From Balanoglossus misakiensis (Eukaryota; Animalia; Hemichordata), in contig CM082577.2 in NCBI GenBank assembly GCA_040954595.2, positions 5,692,301 to 5,756,300 on the forward strand: a DNA stretch of 64,000 nucleotides. The letters are read 5' to 3'. Below the pieces are notes generated by a model. The model searched no databases, had not been told where the DNA came from, and was given only the letters and a program-made list of their open reading frames with translations. Position 1 is the stretch's first letter. Each line of letters begins with the position of its first letter. The position numbers and the translations under genes are program-made. Shown here piece after piece: positions 1-13,524 of the stretch.

Positions 1-672
1 TATTCAGGGATATGACATAAGTTTACACAACTGATTAAATTTTGAAAGTGTCGCAATAATCTTGTTTTGTATGGCGGCCAATATCGTACCAAGTTCAAAG
101 GTTATTTTCGACATTACCACTGTCTGTATTTTATTGTGCAATACTATCGTGCATGCAGTCTGTAATCCATAAAACTTCGGTATATCTAGCTTCATGAAAT
201 ACTATCATATTTTATGTGGTGTTTCATATGGAGTGAGTGATTTCTTGTTTAATCCAAAATAGTTGTGACTTAATAATAAGGGTACTAATATAAGTATGAT
301 ACCATGTTGAAACTGCACGTTCATTTTTTGTCATGCAAAGATGTTAAAAAAGAACTTGCATAATGCTGAGATTCAGGAACAATGGGGTCACTGAATACGT
401 CACTGTCACTGACGCGACTTTCTCGAAAGGAGGCGTGAGGTGCCTTGGTCAGTTCTATTTTTAGCATGTCTGAGTCACCCCTAAGGGGTAACTGTTTATC
501 TACATCTGCATGGGAACCAGAATAACAACGCTGCAAGGTCAAAGTTCAACCAGGGTCACCCGCTCACTCTGACATTGCAAGTTCAAGTGGCAATTCACAG
601 CATTGAAAATTTCGACGTCCAAATGGTCTAGAAGATTTTTTAAATTCAGTATTTTCTGTATTTCTCTTGAAG

Positions 673-2108
673 GTACAGAAACTCCTCCACAAGAAGCTGC
701 CACCCAGGACCCGTTCACCACGACAGCTGTCTTGCCGTTTTTCGTGGAACTCCCAAAACTACAGGCGTTGCGGAATGGACCCAGTGGACAGGGCAGACAG
801 AGCGAGCTGTTGGCTGATACACTTCACGCTCCAGGTAAGGACCTTGTGACCTTCTGTGATCTTTCTTGAGAGCCAGAGTTCGATTTCGCTCTGCGAACCA
901 ATGCAAAAATAATGCAGTAGCTGTAAAGGGGCTTGTGGTTTGCGATGATGTCTGTGACTTGTTGCATCCAAATATACATGTCATATTGTGAGATTAAATG
1001 TATATGGTGTATTACCACCTTTTGAAGAGGAAAAAAGAAAACTAATCAATCTCACACATAGAGACATAGACACTTTGATGACAGACAGCATACTGATTTA
1101 TTAATAACACAGTTAATATTATATTGAAGGAGAGTTTTCCTTGTTCTGGCTTCTTGATGCATCTTTTAGCCATCATAAACTCCACCTAACTTTATACTTA
1201 TTTCTGTCTAACATTTCAGACCCACTCGAACAAGATGATGATATCATGGATAATTATCTCCTCGGTGCTGGCGTCATAGCAACCATTGTCCTCTCATTCG
1301 TCGCCATATTCCTGGCGTTCAACGTCACCCGGGGCGTGCGTCAACAAGTTGGTCGAGCGAGGACAGCGAGGAGACAGTCCTACCAGTACAGCAGTAAGTG
1401 TATAACTTTATCGTTGTCGTATTTTGGATTTTGGCCGACTGATGTTCGCATGTGCGTTTTTGCTGATGCATACTGAGGAGGCATAACATCCCCGTGGGCA
1501 GTGGTGATAAGCTGTATAGAGGGCAATTCATCAAGCTTTAAGACGTTTGAACAAGAAACTATGGTTGGTACAAGCAACACAATTGTTGAAAAATAGCCAA
1601 AGGTAACAGCAACAATGGACCTTCAGTAAATGTTTTTTTGTTTCGCTTTTTGTTTTCTATCGCAGCGTCGATTCATTCCAAGAACAACCGAGCCGTCGTA
1701 CAACTTCACAGTTTTCGGGAAGCCAGACGAGACAGTCCCGTTCACTACAAAGTTCCGTCTTCCCGACCGAGCAGCAGCAGCAGCAGCGGTCGACCGATGG
1801 TCAAACCGAAGTACTACAAAGTTTACCTGCCTCGGAAAGACGCACTGCAAGCCGGCAAGCAACTACGGGAGAACCCGTCGCATTTTGTACAGATCCACAG
1901 GACCACGCAACAACCAAAGCCCCACCACCTCCGCCACGAGGCTGGCAAAGCAGCGCCCCCAACGACACACTGCCAAAAGACTGAACAGTACCCCCAGTTT
2001 GCGTCACAGAACAGCCACTCATCAGCTGTGATGCAGCATTCCAACAATCAGCTGTTCCACTGGAATTCACCCAGAGCAGCGAAACAAAGCATTGTTACAA
2101 TTGTTTAG
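673..2108 (+). CDS. 3' part of an uncharacterised single-pass membrane protein (exons 673-834, 1220-1393, 1666-2108; 5' exons lie outside the window)
   Basis: Three AG/GT-bounded exons join in frame through phase-1 introns. They encode a Thr/Pro-rich stalk, one hydrophobic helix (YLLGAGVIATIVLSFVAIFLAF) followed by basic residues, and a low-complexity cytoplasmic tail ending ...QSIVTIV*. Confidence 0.7.
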
Positions 2109-3371
2109 TTGCTAAGCAACATATAAATAAGAGCACCTTAATCGTTACTCGAAAACTGCCATGATAATCAGTAATTTAAATTTTTTGTAATTGTTATGTA
2201 ATATTTAAATTATTCCAAGTCGGCCGAGGGCCTTTGTTATTTATTGATTATTTTTGGTTTAATATATTCAGAATTCAGCATTAGGGTCATCTTTCTTCTT
2301 GTAATTCTAGAAATTTCATATTTTTTTAAGAAGTCTTTTTCACAAAGTTAATTTATGTACACAATGAAATGAAACAGAAATATACCATGCTCATGATATT
2401 TAAAATCATCGAGCCTTTCTATTTATAATTATCCTTACATTTTCAAGGTTTCTTAATCTTTCTAATAGTGATATTTAGTAATATATGAATTTGTTTGTTT
2501 TTAACAATTTTTTTTCATAATTTATATGGAATATATAGAAAGAAACAGATGTTTACCGTATTTATGATACAATTTTCAGAAACTATTTATATTTCCCTAT
2601 GGAACTATAAAAATTGCTCTCATGCGCATAACTCAGAAGAGCCAGAAATGATATGTAAGATTTTGCACCATGCCTTTACTTATTTTAAGTTTTCCTTGTG
2701 TGTTTTTTCAGAGACATGTTATACTTACTGTCATAACCACCACTATGTACAAAGTGTCTACTTTATATGTAACTTTCTATGAAAGCTAAATATAGTACCT
2801 GTTTGTCTAGCAAAAATTAGACTGGTTTTGATTAATTATGTGTATTATAGTATATGTACTGTGGTGTGTCACGAGTGTTTGCATGTTTCAGGAGTGTAGC
2901 AGTGTGTTTAGCGCCCTCATATGGCAACTTTTGCCTTTTGAGTTTGCTCATAGTGTTTAGCATTTAGAGAACCGGTTTCGTATTGTCGTGTATCGGTCAG
3001 TCAATACACGTCTGAACAGGGAACTGTGGTCAGTCATTCTCATACCGGAATAATCATTGAAATAAGCATCACGATTCCCATGTCCTGGGGCTAGGGGTGG
3101 GGGACAACGTCAACATTTTGAAAAGGAAAAAAAAAACTGAATATATTAACCATTCTATGTAATGTTGACTCAGTGTTTATAGTATTTGATGCTAAATATA
3201 GTATGCAGTATTTATGAGCCTCGATTCCACCTATCGCAATCGAGATAGAATAATTAATGTGTATATAAGAGAGCGTCGCTCGTTGCTACCCGCAGTCAGC
3301 TGTTGAACCTCCATCTCGCGGGAAAATACAGCATTGCTGTTACGCACGCGCAAATGTATCCTAATCGCAAA

Positions 3372-6300
3372 ATGGCGGCAATGCGAATCGGTGCGACGTC
3401 GCGCTACTCGCACGACAATGGAGGGGACTACGAAAGGGAAGAGCTGTCGAAGTACAGATCGCCCCTGGTGGCCAGATATGCAAGTTCCGAAATGGCCTAT
3501 AATTTCAGTGAATTAAAAAAATTCACTACTTGGCGAAGATTATGGCTCTGGCTGGCGAAGGCACAACAGGTAAGATGGAGGGACGTGTACACACGTTGGC
3601 GTGTGTACGTGTGTGCGTTCATTTGGTCGCACACATGTACGTGGTGGTCATTCACCAACTGAACTTTAACAGTGGTTTTAGTTCTGAACACTTGATCAAA
3701 CGTCTAATAATTTAATATCGCACGATCCCTGATCCCCCCCTCCCGCTTCTAGATATGAGCGGCCAGCGGTTGCCGGGAAGTTTCTTTTATATTGTCGATT
3801 TCAATTCACCATAAATCAAACTTATAAACATGTGTAAGTGCTTAAAAAATGTAGGAATGATGGCGCTGACGGTCATATAATTGACAATATATAATTTATA
3901 AAGCAGTCAAACATACGTAAGGGAATATTCAATACCAGTAAAATATATTAAAGAAAATGAAACGCCTTTATAATGTTATTTTAATAGAATAAAGTCATTA
4001 AAGATGCATAATTTGGATTTCCCCTTCAAGTTCATCCCATTGTTGGTGTTACAGAGGCACTTCCTATGTGAATTTGAATGAAAATACACCGAGTCTTTTG
4101 TTGAAAATAATGATTATTATGCGCATGGAATTAAAAACTTGGTTAAAACTTGCAGTGCCTACAGTTGCCAAGGTAACAGTGGCCGACCTTTGACATGTTT
4201 GAGAACCTGCACTCTCCAACAATGACATTTCCCAGAAAGCTGGACATTTGAAGGAGTCGGTGTCTTTGTAAAGAGCTTTTAATTAGTTAAAGCTTTGATA
4301 CAGGGGCATAAATTATCCTGGTAGTGGTTTTACTAAGTGATCATGAACTGGTAATTTGGCATATTTTTGTAAGGAAATTGTAACTTGCTCTGTCCTGTTG
4401 ATTAACATCATGTTCCAAACATACAATGTAATAAGTTCTACCACACATTGAGGCAATTCATGGACCTTGTATGTATGTAGTATACAATTTATTCTTGTAG
4501 CCTTGAATACGGTACTATATGTATATTTACAAATGAAGGTGTGTTTCCCATGATGACATGTTTGCTGTGGCCACACTCACAGTGAAAACAAACAGGTCTT
4601 ACATGTAATGGAAGCCCTGGCTCAGTCTTCACAAAAGCCGATGGTTACTACAGGTACATGTGCACGTATGTGAATGAATGAATGCTCGAATGTTTGCTTG
4701 TCTCTCGGCTTTTTTAGTGCCACTAGTACACACTGGGAGCCCAAGCGATTGACCTCGTTTGACCCCTTTACATGATGTCACTCCTGGGTAGCCTGGCAGC
4801 TGGAACCATGGAAACAACTGTCGTGATGTCTGTTACATGTAATTATTGCAGTATTCATTTGATGCCAAGTCAGACAGAGGTCATACGGGAGGTTGTAATT
4901 AAATTGGAACTGGATTTGAATAATGGAGCTTTATAGTGCAGATATTGATTATTCATATTCTGCTGGAAGCGTTCTTTCTCATTTCTATGAAGTCATATTT
5001 GTTTTGAAATTCTATATGTACTTCTTTTGATGATGAAGTAAAATTAAATACAGTGTGTTAAGAGTTTAAATATTTACATGTATGCTTCTGGGAAGGACTG
5101 TGTTGGTTCTCTGTTGCCATGGTGATGGTTTATTTACTTCCATTCATTTTTGCATTTTCACGTCTTTTTTACAGGCTGAAAAGTCAAATTTTACTGACAT
5201 TTTTACCATGGTAATCTTGCCAAAAATAATAGAAAGTTGTTGATCGTGTGGGCAAATTAAGCTTTTTAGATCATACCGAAACAAAACTAGTGGCAAATCG
5301 TAATAAGGTTAACATGGACATGATAATCTTTATGGCACACACTTATACCTAGAGAACATTGGGTTTTCTGTACGTGGAACATTTCAAACCCAAGTGCATA
5401 TTCCACTTTATTCAAATAAAGGTCAGTTGCCACGACGACAAAATTCAGTCAAAAACAATTTCATACAATCAAAAGGTTTTGCTCATTATTCACGCCATGT
5501 CATTGGCAGTTTAATTAGGGACAGGGTTAATTGATAGTGATGTATTTTTAGATTCCAGTCCAGAGTTGGGCAAATTAAGGTCATTCCCCCCCCCCCCCCC
5601 CAAGAATAAATGTTTTCAAATTTTGTGAGGTTTTATTGTACATGTGGACTGTTACAAGACATTTTTATGAGAGAGACACTTGAAATTTGGGTGGTTTTTC
5701 CGTGTTGACTTTAGCATGCTAATACAGTTTTGGAGAGAAGCTTTGTGAGGATTCCGGAGCAGTGCCCTATCATTATATGCCCTTTGTGAGCTGGCCAAGT
5801 CATTGTCTGGCATTGTTCGCATTACAGTCAGTAGTTTATTGCTGTGAATTGAACGGGTCGAGTATGTGTTTTGTTCCATAGTGGCAGCTTTTTAACAATC
5901 ATGAAAATTGTAAATGGGTCTTATTTGGCTGAGTCAATATCGATGGCCCATTTGTCTTACATGTATATATATATACTGTGCCTTCACTCCTGTGGGAGAA
6001 ACTGTTGAGTTTGGTCGTGTGTTCCTGAATGGAAGGAAACTGTTGATTTGCAATAAGCATTTTAATGGCCAGAATTCTCATGAATTAAAAAAGAAATGAA
6101 ATGGAATTGCTTATATAATAGTACAGAAAATGAATGAGTTGTATAGACTTGTCCATGTATTATATATTGATATCCGCGATACAGCACTACTTGGTGATGT
6201 GCAGAATAGTATGAATACACATGTTGTTTGTTTGTCCTGAAAGAAACGTTTATTTTTTTCATCGGCGACGAGCCATGAATTGTCCACTAACGATGGTATA

Positions 6301-9300
6301 ATTCTGCAGTTCGGTTACTTACATACCCATGGAAACACAGTCAACATTTTCATGCTTTGAACAGAGCTGTTTAGCACAAACACAACACACAGAGCTGGTT
6401 CGAGAAGAGTTTTGAATTGAAACCCATGGCATCTGTTTACTCGAACCTCAAGTATGCTCCTTGTTTTTTTAAGTAGCTGCAGGCAAAGTGCAGACTTTCT
6501 TTTCACTACACATACATACATACATGCACACCAAGGGCACAATCTGAGATACAGGACCTGGTCGCCTTTTTACATAAACTTAGGTTTAAAACGCAGGGTT
6601 AATCTTTTGTGCTTAGCACAACGGTCTTGTGGTGAATGAAAGGAAAAAGAATATATTCATTACTTCTTTGTTGTTATCAATTAAATTGTATCATGGTAAA
6701 ATATCCACTGACTTGTATGTATGTAAATCATAAAATACAGGACACAGAAAAAATTTGTGTATCATGGTGCTTATAAAGGTTTGTTTCTGATATCATAAAT
6801 TGCTTCTGAATTTCCTTGTACATTGTGATTCACGCAATGAGGCTGTCTGTGCATAATATTACCATATTCTTTCTTGTATATTTCAGACTCTAGGTTTGGA
6901 CATTAGGGATGATCAGATCAAAGAGATGGAAGCCAACCTGGAGGAGATTGACTTTGAAATGGCGAACCAAGAAGAGAAGAAGCGTCGCCATGACGTCATG
7001 GCCCACGTCTACACCTTCGCTCAGTGCTGTCCCAAAGCTGCTCCCATCATACATCTGGGTGCCACTTCCTGCTATGTGGGAGATAACACAGTGAGTTTTG
7101 TCAGAGTATTGTCAGTAGTCTGGTCGTCTGGTCGTCCAGCTTTAATGTAATTATCATAACATTACACAAATAAATTACACTAATGTCTGTTTTCTGTTAG
7201 GATCTGATAGTGATGAGAGATGCCTTCAACATCATTCTACCAAAACTTGCGAGGTGTATACAGCGCTTGTCTGTCTTTGCCGATGAGTACAAATCGCTAC
7301 CAACCCTTGGATTCACGCATTACCAGTGAGTTTGACCTTTGACCCTTGACTTTTCTTTTACTGAAGTAACCAAATTTACGCTTTGCCGCTGTCGTTCACT
7401 TGTTAACATCATCTCCCGATCTTTGACCTCTTCCAGGCCAGCTCAGCTGACGACTGTCGGTAAACGGGCGTGCTTGTGGGTCAACGACCTCTGCATGGAC
7501 CTGAGAAACTTGTGCCGGGCCAGAGACGACCTCAGGTTCCGTGGGGTCAAGGGCACCACCGGCACACAGGCCAGTTTTCTGTCTCTCTTTGAGGGCAATC
7601 CTGAAAAGGTTGATGTCTTGGACAGACTGGTCACCGAAATGGCAGGATTCAAGAGGTAAGAAAGAATAATCAAACAAACACTTAACAGGTCGACTCACAG
7701 ATACGGAAACTGACAGCTTCACCATTTTTGAACAACTGACAGTTACTTTGTATATGTTGTAGAATAAAACAATTGTTTGATAGTTATCACTGTTGCTATG
7801 GTCACTGGGCTACTTATCAGTCTGACATGTTTCAAATTCATCAGTCAGCTCTTCTGTAAGCATAATGTGTGGAGTTTGAAAAAGGGAAGCTATGATTTAC
7901 ACTTTCTAAAGTTAAAAGAGCCCGGTGAAAAAAACTCTTTCTATGTGTCTTGTTGCGTGATGATCATGCTGGTGTCTGTTTTTCTTCCCCACACAGCTCG
8001 TACATTGTGACAGGTCAAACGTACAGCCGGAAAGTTGATTTTGATGTCTTGGCCGTGCTGGCAGGACTGGGTGGCAGTATTCACAAAATATGCACCGACA
8101 TCAGATTATTGGCCAATCTGAAAGAGGTGGAAGAGCCATTTGAGAAAGATCAAATCGGTAAGTGGTGTTATTGTATCGTAATCTGGTAAGTGAGGTTCAA
8201 AAAAAGAAAGAAAGTGTAAAATAAAATGTGTCAATCTCCCGGGTCAATGTCTACTTTTTTTGTTGGCCAGGTTCAAGTGCAATGCCGTACAAGAGAAATC
8301 CCATGCGATGCGAAAGATGCTGTTCTCTGGCTCGTCATCTGATGTGTTTGATTCAAGATCCCCTGCATACGTTGTCGGTGCAGTGGTTTGAGAGGACCCT
8401 GGACGACAGTGCCAACAGGTTGGTGTTTGTGCGACATACGTGCAGTTGTCGTTTCGTGCTTCTGCTTTGTAATGACACATATATCAATGACACACAAAAA
8501 TTTGTTATTATTCAAGAAAATTTGTCATGTCATGTAATAATAATAATGATTTCTCAAATTAACCAAAATTTTGTGAAAATTATTTTTCTGTTTGTTTGTT
8601 TGTTTGTTTCAGACGTATCTGTTTGCCAGAAGCCTTTCTAACAGCCGACATACTGCTCGCCACTTTGCAGAATGTAACGGAAGGTCTCGTCGTCTATCCT
8701 AGGGTAAGTAGGAAACCACCTGCTATTATCGTCTGATTGGCCAGGTGGGTTGACGTGTTGCATGATGTACCATCAACCCATTGTATGAATCAGAGTACTG
8801 AAATGTGAAAATTTGCACATCGCTAAGTCATCCATGTGACCTTTGACCCACTATTTACCGTCAGGTGATCGAGAAGCATATACGCCAGGAATTACCCTTC
8901 ATGGCAACGGAGAACATCATCATGGCCATGGTCAAGGCAGGAGGTAATAGACAGGTAGGCAGACAAGCTCTCTTATCCCATTCTTAGATGTCCTGTCATC
9001 TGTATGTTCATGTGGCCCTGGGATCTCATTGCTTGCTGCTATTTCTGAGACCTTGGAATCCAAGTATACAACAGGTTGCCGAAATATATTGTCTGTGTCA
9101 GCCCTGTACGGTTGCAGATTTTAGTCCTTCAGAGTTAAGAAACAGAATGATGGATCTCTCTTCTCTCCTCCTCTTCTCTCTCTGTCTGTCACTCTTTCTG
9201 TCTGTCTGTCTGTCTCTTTCTCTGTGTCTGTCTCTTTTACCCCCCCCCCCCCTCCTGTCCTCTCTTCTCTCTTCTGTCTCTCAATTTTTCTTTCTTTCAG

Positions 9301-9799
9301 GAATGCCATGAGCAAATTCGAGTGTTATCTCACCAAGCTGGTGCCAAAGTGAAGGAAGGCGGCGAAAATGATTTGGTGGAGAGAATCCGAAAGAGTCCCT
9401 TCTTCTCTCCAGTCAGGCATCAACTAGATAAACTTATGGATCCGACAACATTCATCGGTCGAGCCCCAGAACAGGTAGAGTACAGTTGGTCATGCTTTTT
9501 TGTGTTATTCAAGGACGACAATTCTGATTGGCCAGTTCAGTGCTGTTGTACACTACAGTTATGGCAGTCGACCAATGAACTTTGGCTTTCCATTGATTTT
9601 CTGAACCTGGCGCTGATTTGACAATTTAGAAGCAGGCGAATTGATGCCGTACTTCTTAAACAACAACGACATATTGTTGTTTTCATATTTTCATTTTCTC
9701 TGTCCATTCCAGGTGACAAGGTTTCTGGATGAAGAAGTCAAACCAGCTCTCAAGCCGTTTGCTCACTGGTTGGATGAAATTGCGGAGTTAGATTTATAA
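3372..9799 (+). CDS. ADSL: Adenylosuccinate lyase, 10 exons (3372-3569, 6887-7090, 7201-7325, 7437-7655, 7997-8157, 8271-8418, 8613-8703, 8865-8954, 9301-9474, 9713-9799), about 498 aa
   Basis: Motifs [49 protein letters not shown], fumarate-lyase signature [25 protein letters not shown] and [12 protein letters not shown]. All introns are GT-AG and the exons sum to 1497 nt in frame. Confidence 0.97.
9155..9298. repeat. CT/CTGT-rich polypyrimidine low-complexity tract before ADSL exon 9
   Basis: Degenerate (CT)n/(CTGT)n with a poly-C run, directly visible. Confidence 0.8.
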
Positions 9800-11533
9800 T
9801 TCCGAAAGCTTGGAACTAAATTGTGGTATTAATAGACTTTGTTTGGGACCTAGTAGTATGGGTAATGGAAGCCGGGTTTTTTGTTTTTAGTATTCATGGT
9901 ATAGGGTCGTTATGGCAACATCAGAAACGGGCAAGATCTGAATATGATTTATGAGATAAATGAGTTCATGACCATAAATGATTTGGCTCAGCCAGCATTT
10001 TTAGGTCACATATGTAATATCTCTTGTTTTCCTAATTTGCTATTGCACTTTTTCACTATTTAAATATATTTGCGAATTTATTTTTTCATATGGCATGATC
10101 ATGTTCAAACAATCAATCTGTACTGAAATGTCATATTTTTTGAGACAAAATCTGACTTGTCATTTACATATTATGACAATGCTGAATATTTTGTGATAAT
10201 CATAAATTTTATGTAAAAAACCTGAACGGGTCAGTTTTAGGGGAATCAATGGGGTCACACTCACACAAAAGGGGTCGTCTACATGAACACTGTCAAGGTG
10301 GAAGTCTGTCTGCAATGTTCAAAGATTCTCCTCTTTTCTGTGGTTTCCAGTACTCGGTAGTAACTGTGTACGCATGTCAGTCCATTCAAATAAAATAATT
10401 TTGATCAAAACTTGTCAGTTTTTACCGCACAACTCTATATATTGTATAACAAATGAGCACATTGGTACATATTTGTATGTTTGTGTAAGTACACAAGCAT
10501 ATTATCTACAGTAACCTAGCTTTCTCAGGTTGTTTCTGTGATTTCCTATGAGTATGTGTAATGTAATCTTGTCAGCCTGGTCCATTTTTAGCTTATTTCC
10601 CCCATCGACGAATTTATTTATTTATTTTGTTAGGAACAGACATTTTGAATAAAGTCACCTGAATGAACCACACTTTGAGACTTTGGGTCATATCCTCAAT
10701 CTTTGCAACTCTGAAAAATTCTCACTTCTGTCTAACAAGATGAATATAAGTGCCTCATTGGTTTTCAGTGCTAGCATTGACTTAAAATATAGTTTCCTGT
10801 TTTTAAGCTCAGCTGAAAACTGAAAAAGTTCTGCAAGAAAAACTAAGGGCGCTACGCAGTGTATGAGCGCCACCAACGGCAGAGAATAAAATAAGGTCAA
10901 CGTAAGTCTGAAGGGCAGGACAACCGGGCGACAGGTAGGTCGGGCTTTTCGTTAATTTGACCATTAGGGCACAAGAATTGAAAAAGTGGCGTCTTTACCA
11001 GTTGCAGCTACCGTTATACATGTTATAAGTTGGGTAAGTACACGTGGTTGGCACCCGAGGTGATGCGGGTCGTTCTACTCAAATCACTTTACGCACATCT
11101 TTGGAAGCTTAAATTGGTGTATGATTCTGAAGCATCTATAATAACGGTTTTGCTCAATGCTCTGTATTCTGTGGATTTCGGGACTTCTGTGAGAGTGAGG
11201 TAGCGGAAGACAGCTGTTAGCAAAATTGAGGCGCAACTGCATGGCCATGGCACGCGATTGTTCTCTGTTATATGTATTAAGGGAGAACCATTTGATTTCT
11301 GGGGGGGGTGGAGGATTTTTTGAGGAAAAAATGTTGGCAGATGGTTCAGAGGAAACAATGCCTTGAGGAAATAGATGGACTGGCATTGGCAATCGAAAAA
11401 AAAATTGGTGTAACAGTGGCTGAAAAAATTGCTGATATACCCAAATCCTCCACCTTTAGCTGCCATGTCATTGTGGAAGGTGATAACTTGTGGTGAAATC
11501 ATTAATCTTCCCAGATTTTGATCAGAGTGGACC

Positions 11534-12928
11534 ATGGCAGGCGTCTTAACTAACATGAGCACAGAACTGGAAGATGGTGACACTTTCGAGCAGGATGGTG
11601 GTGGGGATATGGAGACTTTTGCAGAGGACATCTCCTTCTACCACCGCAACTGGACCATTCTCTCGCCGGAATACCACAGGGACTTCAAACTGACCTGGTA
11701 CCAGGTGCTGGAGGAGGACAACAGTCGGAAGTTGCAGCTGATCATCGAGGAGGGCTTCGGCGCGAACTTTGTCTTTCCGCCCAGCGAGTACCTGAACTTT
11801 CCGACGAAGCAGACTGTACTTTCAACCCTCCGACAGTTTGGCGTCGGCCAGTACGACATGACCCCGCTGCATCTGGCCCTGGCCCTGTACTCGCCGGACC
11901 GGCCGACCAATCGTTGCGCCGAGCTGCTTCTCAGGCACGGAGCGGCGGATCATGAAGCGGGCCCTTTGAATCCAAAGCGGATGGATCTCATGTACATGGC
12001 GTACAAGACCGGGAACGTGGAGGGCGTAAAATTGCTGTTCGAATACGGCCAGACGGCAGACGACGAAATCTTCCTGGACTTAATCCACAAAAGGCCGCAA
12101 CCGGAGAGCCTGGAAATTTTGAAAATACTGCTCCAGCATGGCGATCCCCTGGACAGGGCATTCTACCAGTCCAATTATTTGTTGCACATTGCGGCGCTTG
12201 ATCGATACGAGAACACAGCGTATTTAGAGCTGCTGGTGTCGTGCGGAGCTGACGTAAACGTGACCAACGTTGCGGGATATACCGCTGTGTTCTCGGCAGC
12301 AAGCATGGGAAACCTGGCTGCATTTCAGTTCTTACACGAGCATGGTTGCAGTGTCAATGTGGAAACAAAAGACAGATGCAGTCCCCTGCATTTGGCATTT
12401 CGTAACCAAATGACAAAGTGCGTGCCAGCTCTCATTGAACTAGTCGACGACATCAACAAGGTTGATTTAGCCAACCACACTGCTCTAGATTATGCCATGA
12501 TTTGCGGGCCAGTCTTCCACGAATTTAACAAAAGTGCTCAATTTTTCAAAAACGAGTCCGCTGAAAAATACATCAGACTGATGCTAAACAATGGAGCCGT
12601 GTTGAACAAGTTTGACCGCGAAGATTTCAAGACGTTTCTGAAACGGTTTTCCCGCAAATTTGAACTGCTTGGCCTTCTGTGCAACGTTTTTCCGAACTGG
12701 AAATTTGTGGGATTCACTGACTATCCTGAACATCTGTGTGACTGGGAACCTGGTTTTGCTAGTGAGTTGCTGCAACTCGGACAAGAGCCTCGCTCGCTGA
12801 AACACTTTTGCCGCCATTCTTTGAGGGTGTCACTGGGGAAGAAATACGTAGCAACTGTTGAAAGGAGCAAACTGCCAAAACGCTTGCAGAAGTATCTCTT
12901 GTTTGATGACCCAAAAGATATCCTGTAG
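11534..12928 (+). CDS. Ankyrin repeat and SOCS box protein (ASB-like Cullin5 substrate receptor), single coding exon, 464 aa
   Basis: Ankyrin motifs TPLHLA, LLHIAA...GADVN, GYTAVFSAA, SPLHLA, HTALDYA. C-terminal SOCS box PRSLKHFCRHSLRVSLG...LPKRLQKYLLF. Good Kozak context (accATGG) just after an acceptor cccag near 11515. Confidence 0.88.
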   Translation: MAGVLTNMSTELEDGDTFEQDGGGDMETFAEDISFYHRNWTILSPEYHRDFKLTWYQVLEEDNSRKLQLIIEEGFGANFVFPPSEYLNFPTKQTVLSTLRQFGVGQYDMTPLHLALALYSPDRPTNRCAELLLRHGAADHEAGPLNPKRMDLMYMAYKTGNVEGVKLLFEYGQTADDEIFLDLIHKRPQPESLEILKILLQHGDPLDRAFYQSNYLLHIAALDRYENTAYLELLVSCGADVNVTNVAGYTAVFSAASMGNLAAFQFLHEHGCSVNVETKDRCSPLHLAFRNQMTKCVPALIELVDDINKVDLANHTALDYAMICGPVFHEFNKSAQFFKNESAEKYIRLMLNNGAVLNKFDREDFKTFLKRFSRKFELLGLLCNVFPNWKFVGFTDYPEHLCDWEPGFASELLQLGQEPRSLKHFCRHSLRVSLGKKYVATVERSKLPKRLQKYLLFDDPKDIL

Positions 12929-13399
12929 GTCAGAGGTCATTACGGAAAACTGTCCTAAACAGGTGACATTTCGATGAAACAGAGACCAATGAATATGAGC
13001 TTCATGTCTTTATTGGTAATTTGTTGTACCTTCATTTACAGTGAGTGCAATTTAAATAAACAAGTTATTTTGAATCAGACCATGTATTGCAGCTTCTTTT
13101 CACCTTATATGGTATGATCCCCCCCCCCTCCCGAAAAACTGAACTTTCCCTTACACCCACTGCAAATAAATGGAAGCTGACCAGTTTTGGTGACCCTCGC
13201 CTAAATCATAAACCATATAAGAAAGGGCTCTGCTGAAACCCAATTTTTGTATAATCTTGCTTGAAAATCCGTAGGGATCGCTCTTCAATGAGAGTTCCAA
13301 AACCCCCAGGCTTTCGATGTTGACCCCGGGTGTTGACCCTAATGAACTTATGAGGTCATGAACTCTCCACGAGTAGAGATAACACCAACAAATGTATTC

Positions 13400-13524
13400 C
13401 CAAAATGGCGGCACACTGTAGAAAAACTTCGATGTGAATTTGGTTGCTAATGTTTTTACCCGTTCCGGGAAAACTCATATCAAATTGACACCACTTCGTG
13501 AAGGATTATGTCAATGCATTCAAG
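13400..13524 (+). promoter_or_regulatory. Probable TSC2 transcription start region and non-coding first exon
   Basis: YY1-like caaaatggcggc at about 13400, donor caag|gtatgt near 13525, and an acceptor taacag at 14326 shortly before the TSC2 ATG. Inference only. Confidence 0.4.

Noticed and set aside
11278-11400. TAAGGG...GGGGGGGG MITE-like end, with similar solo ends near 13120-13153 and 17850-17875
   Set aside because: No partner TIR or TSD could be paired within the window, so element boundaries are unsupported.
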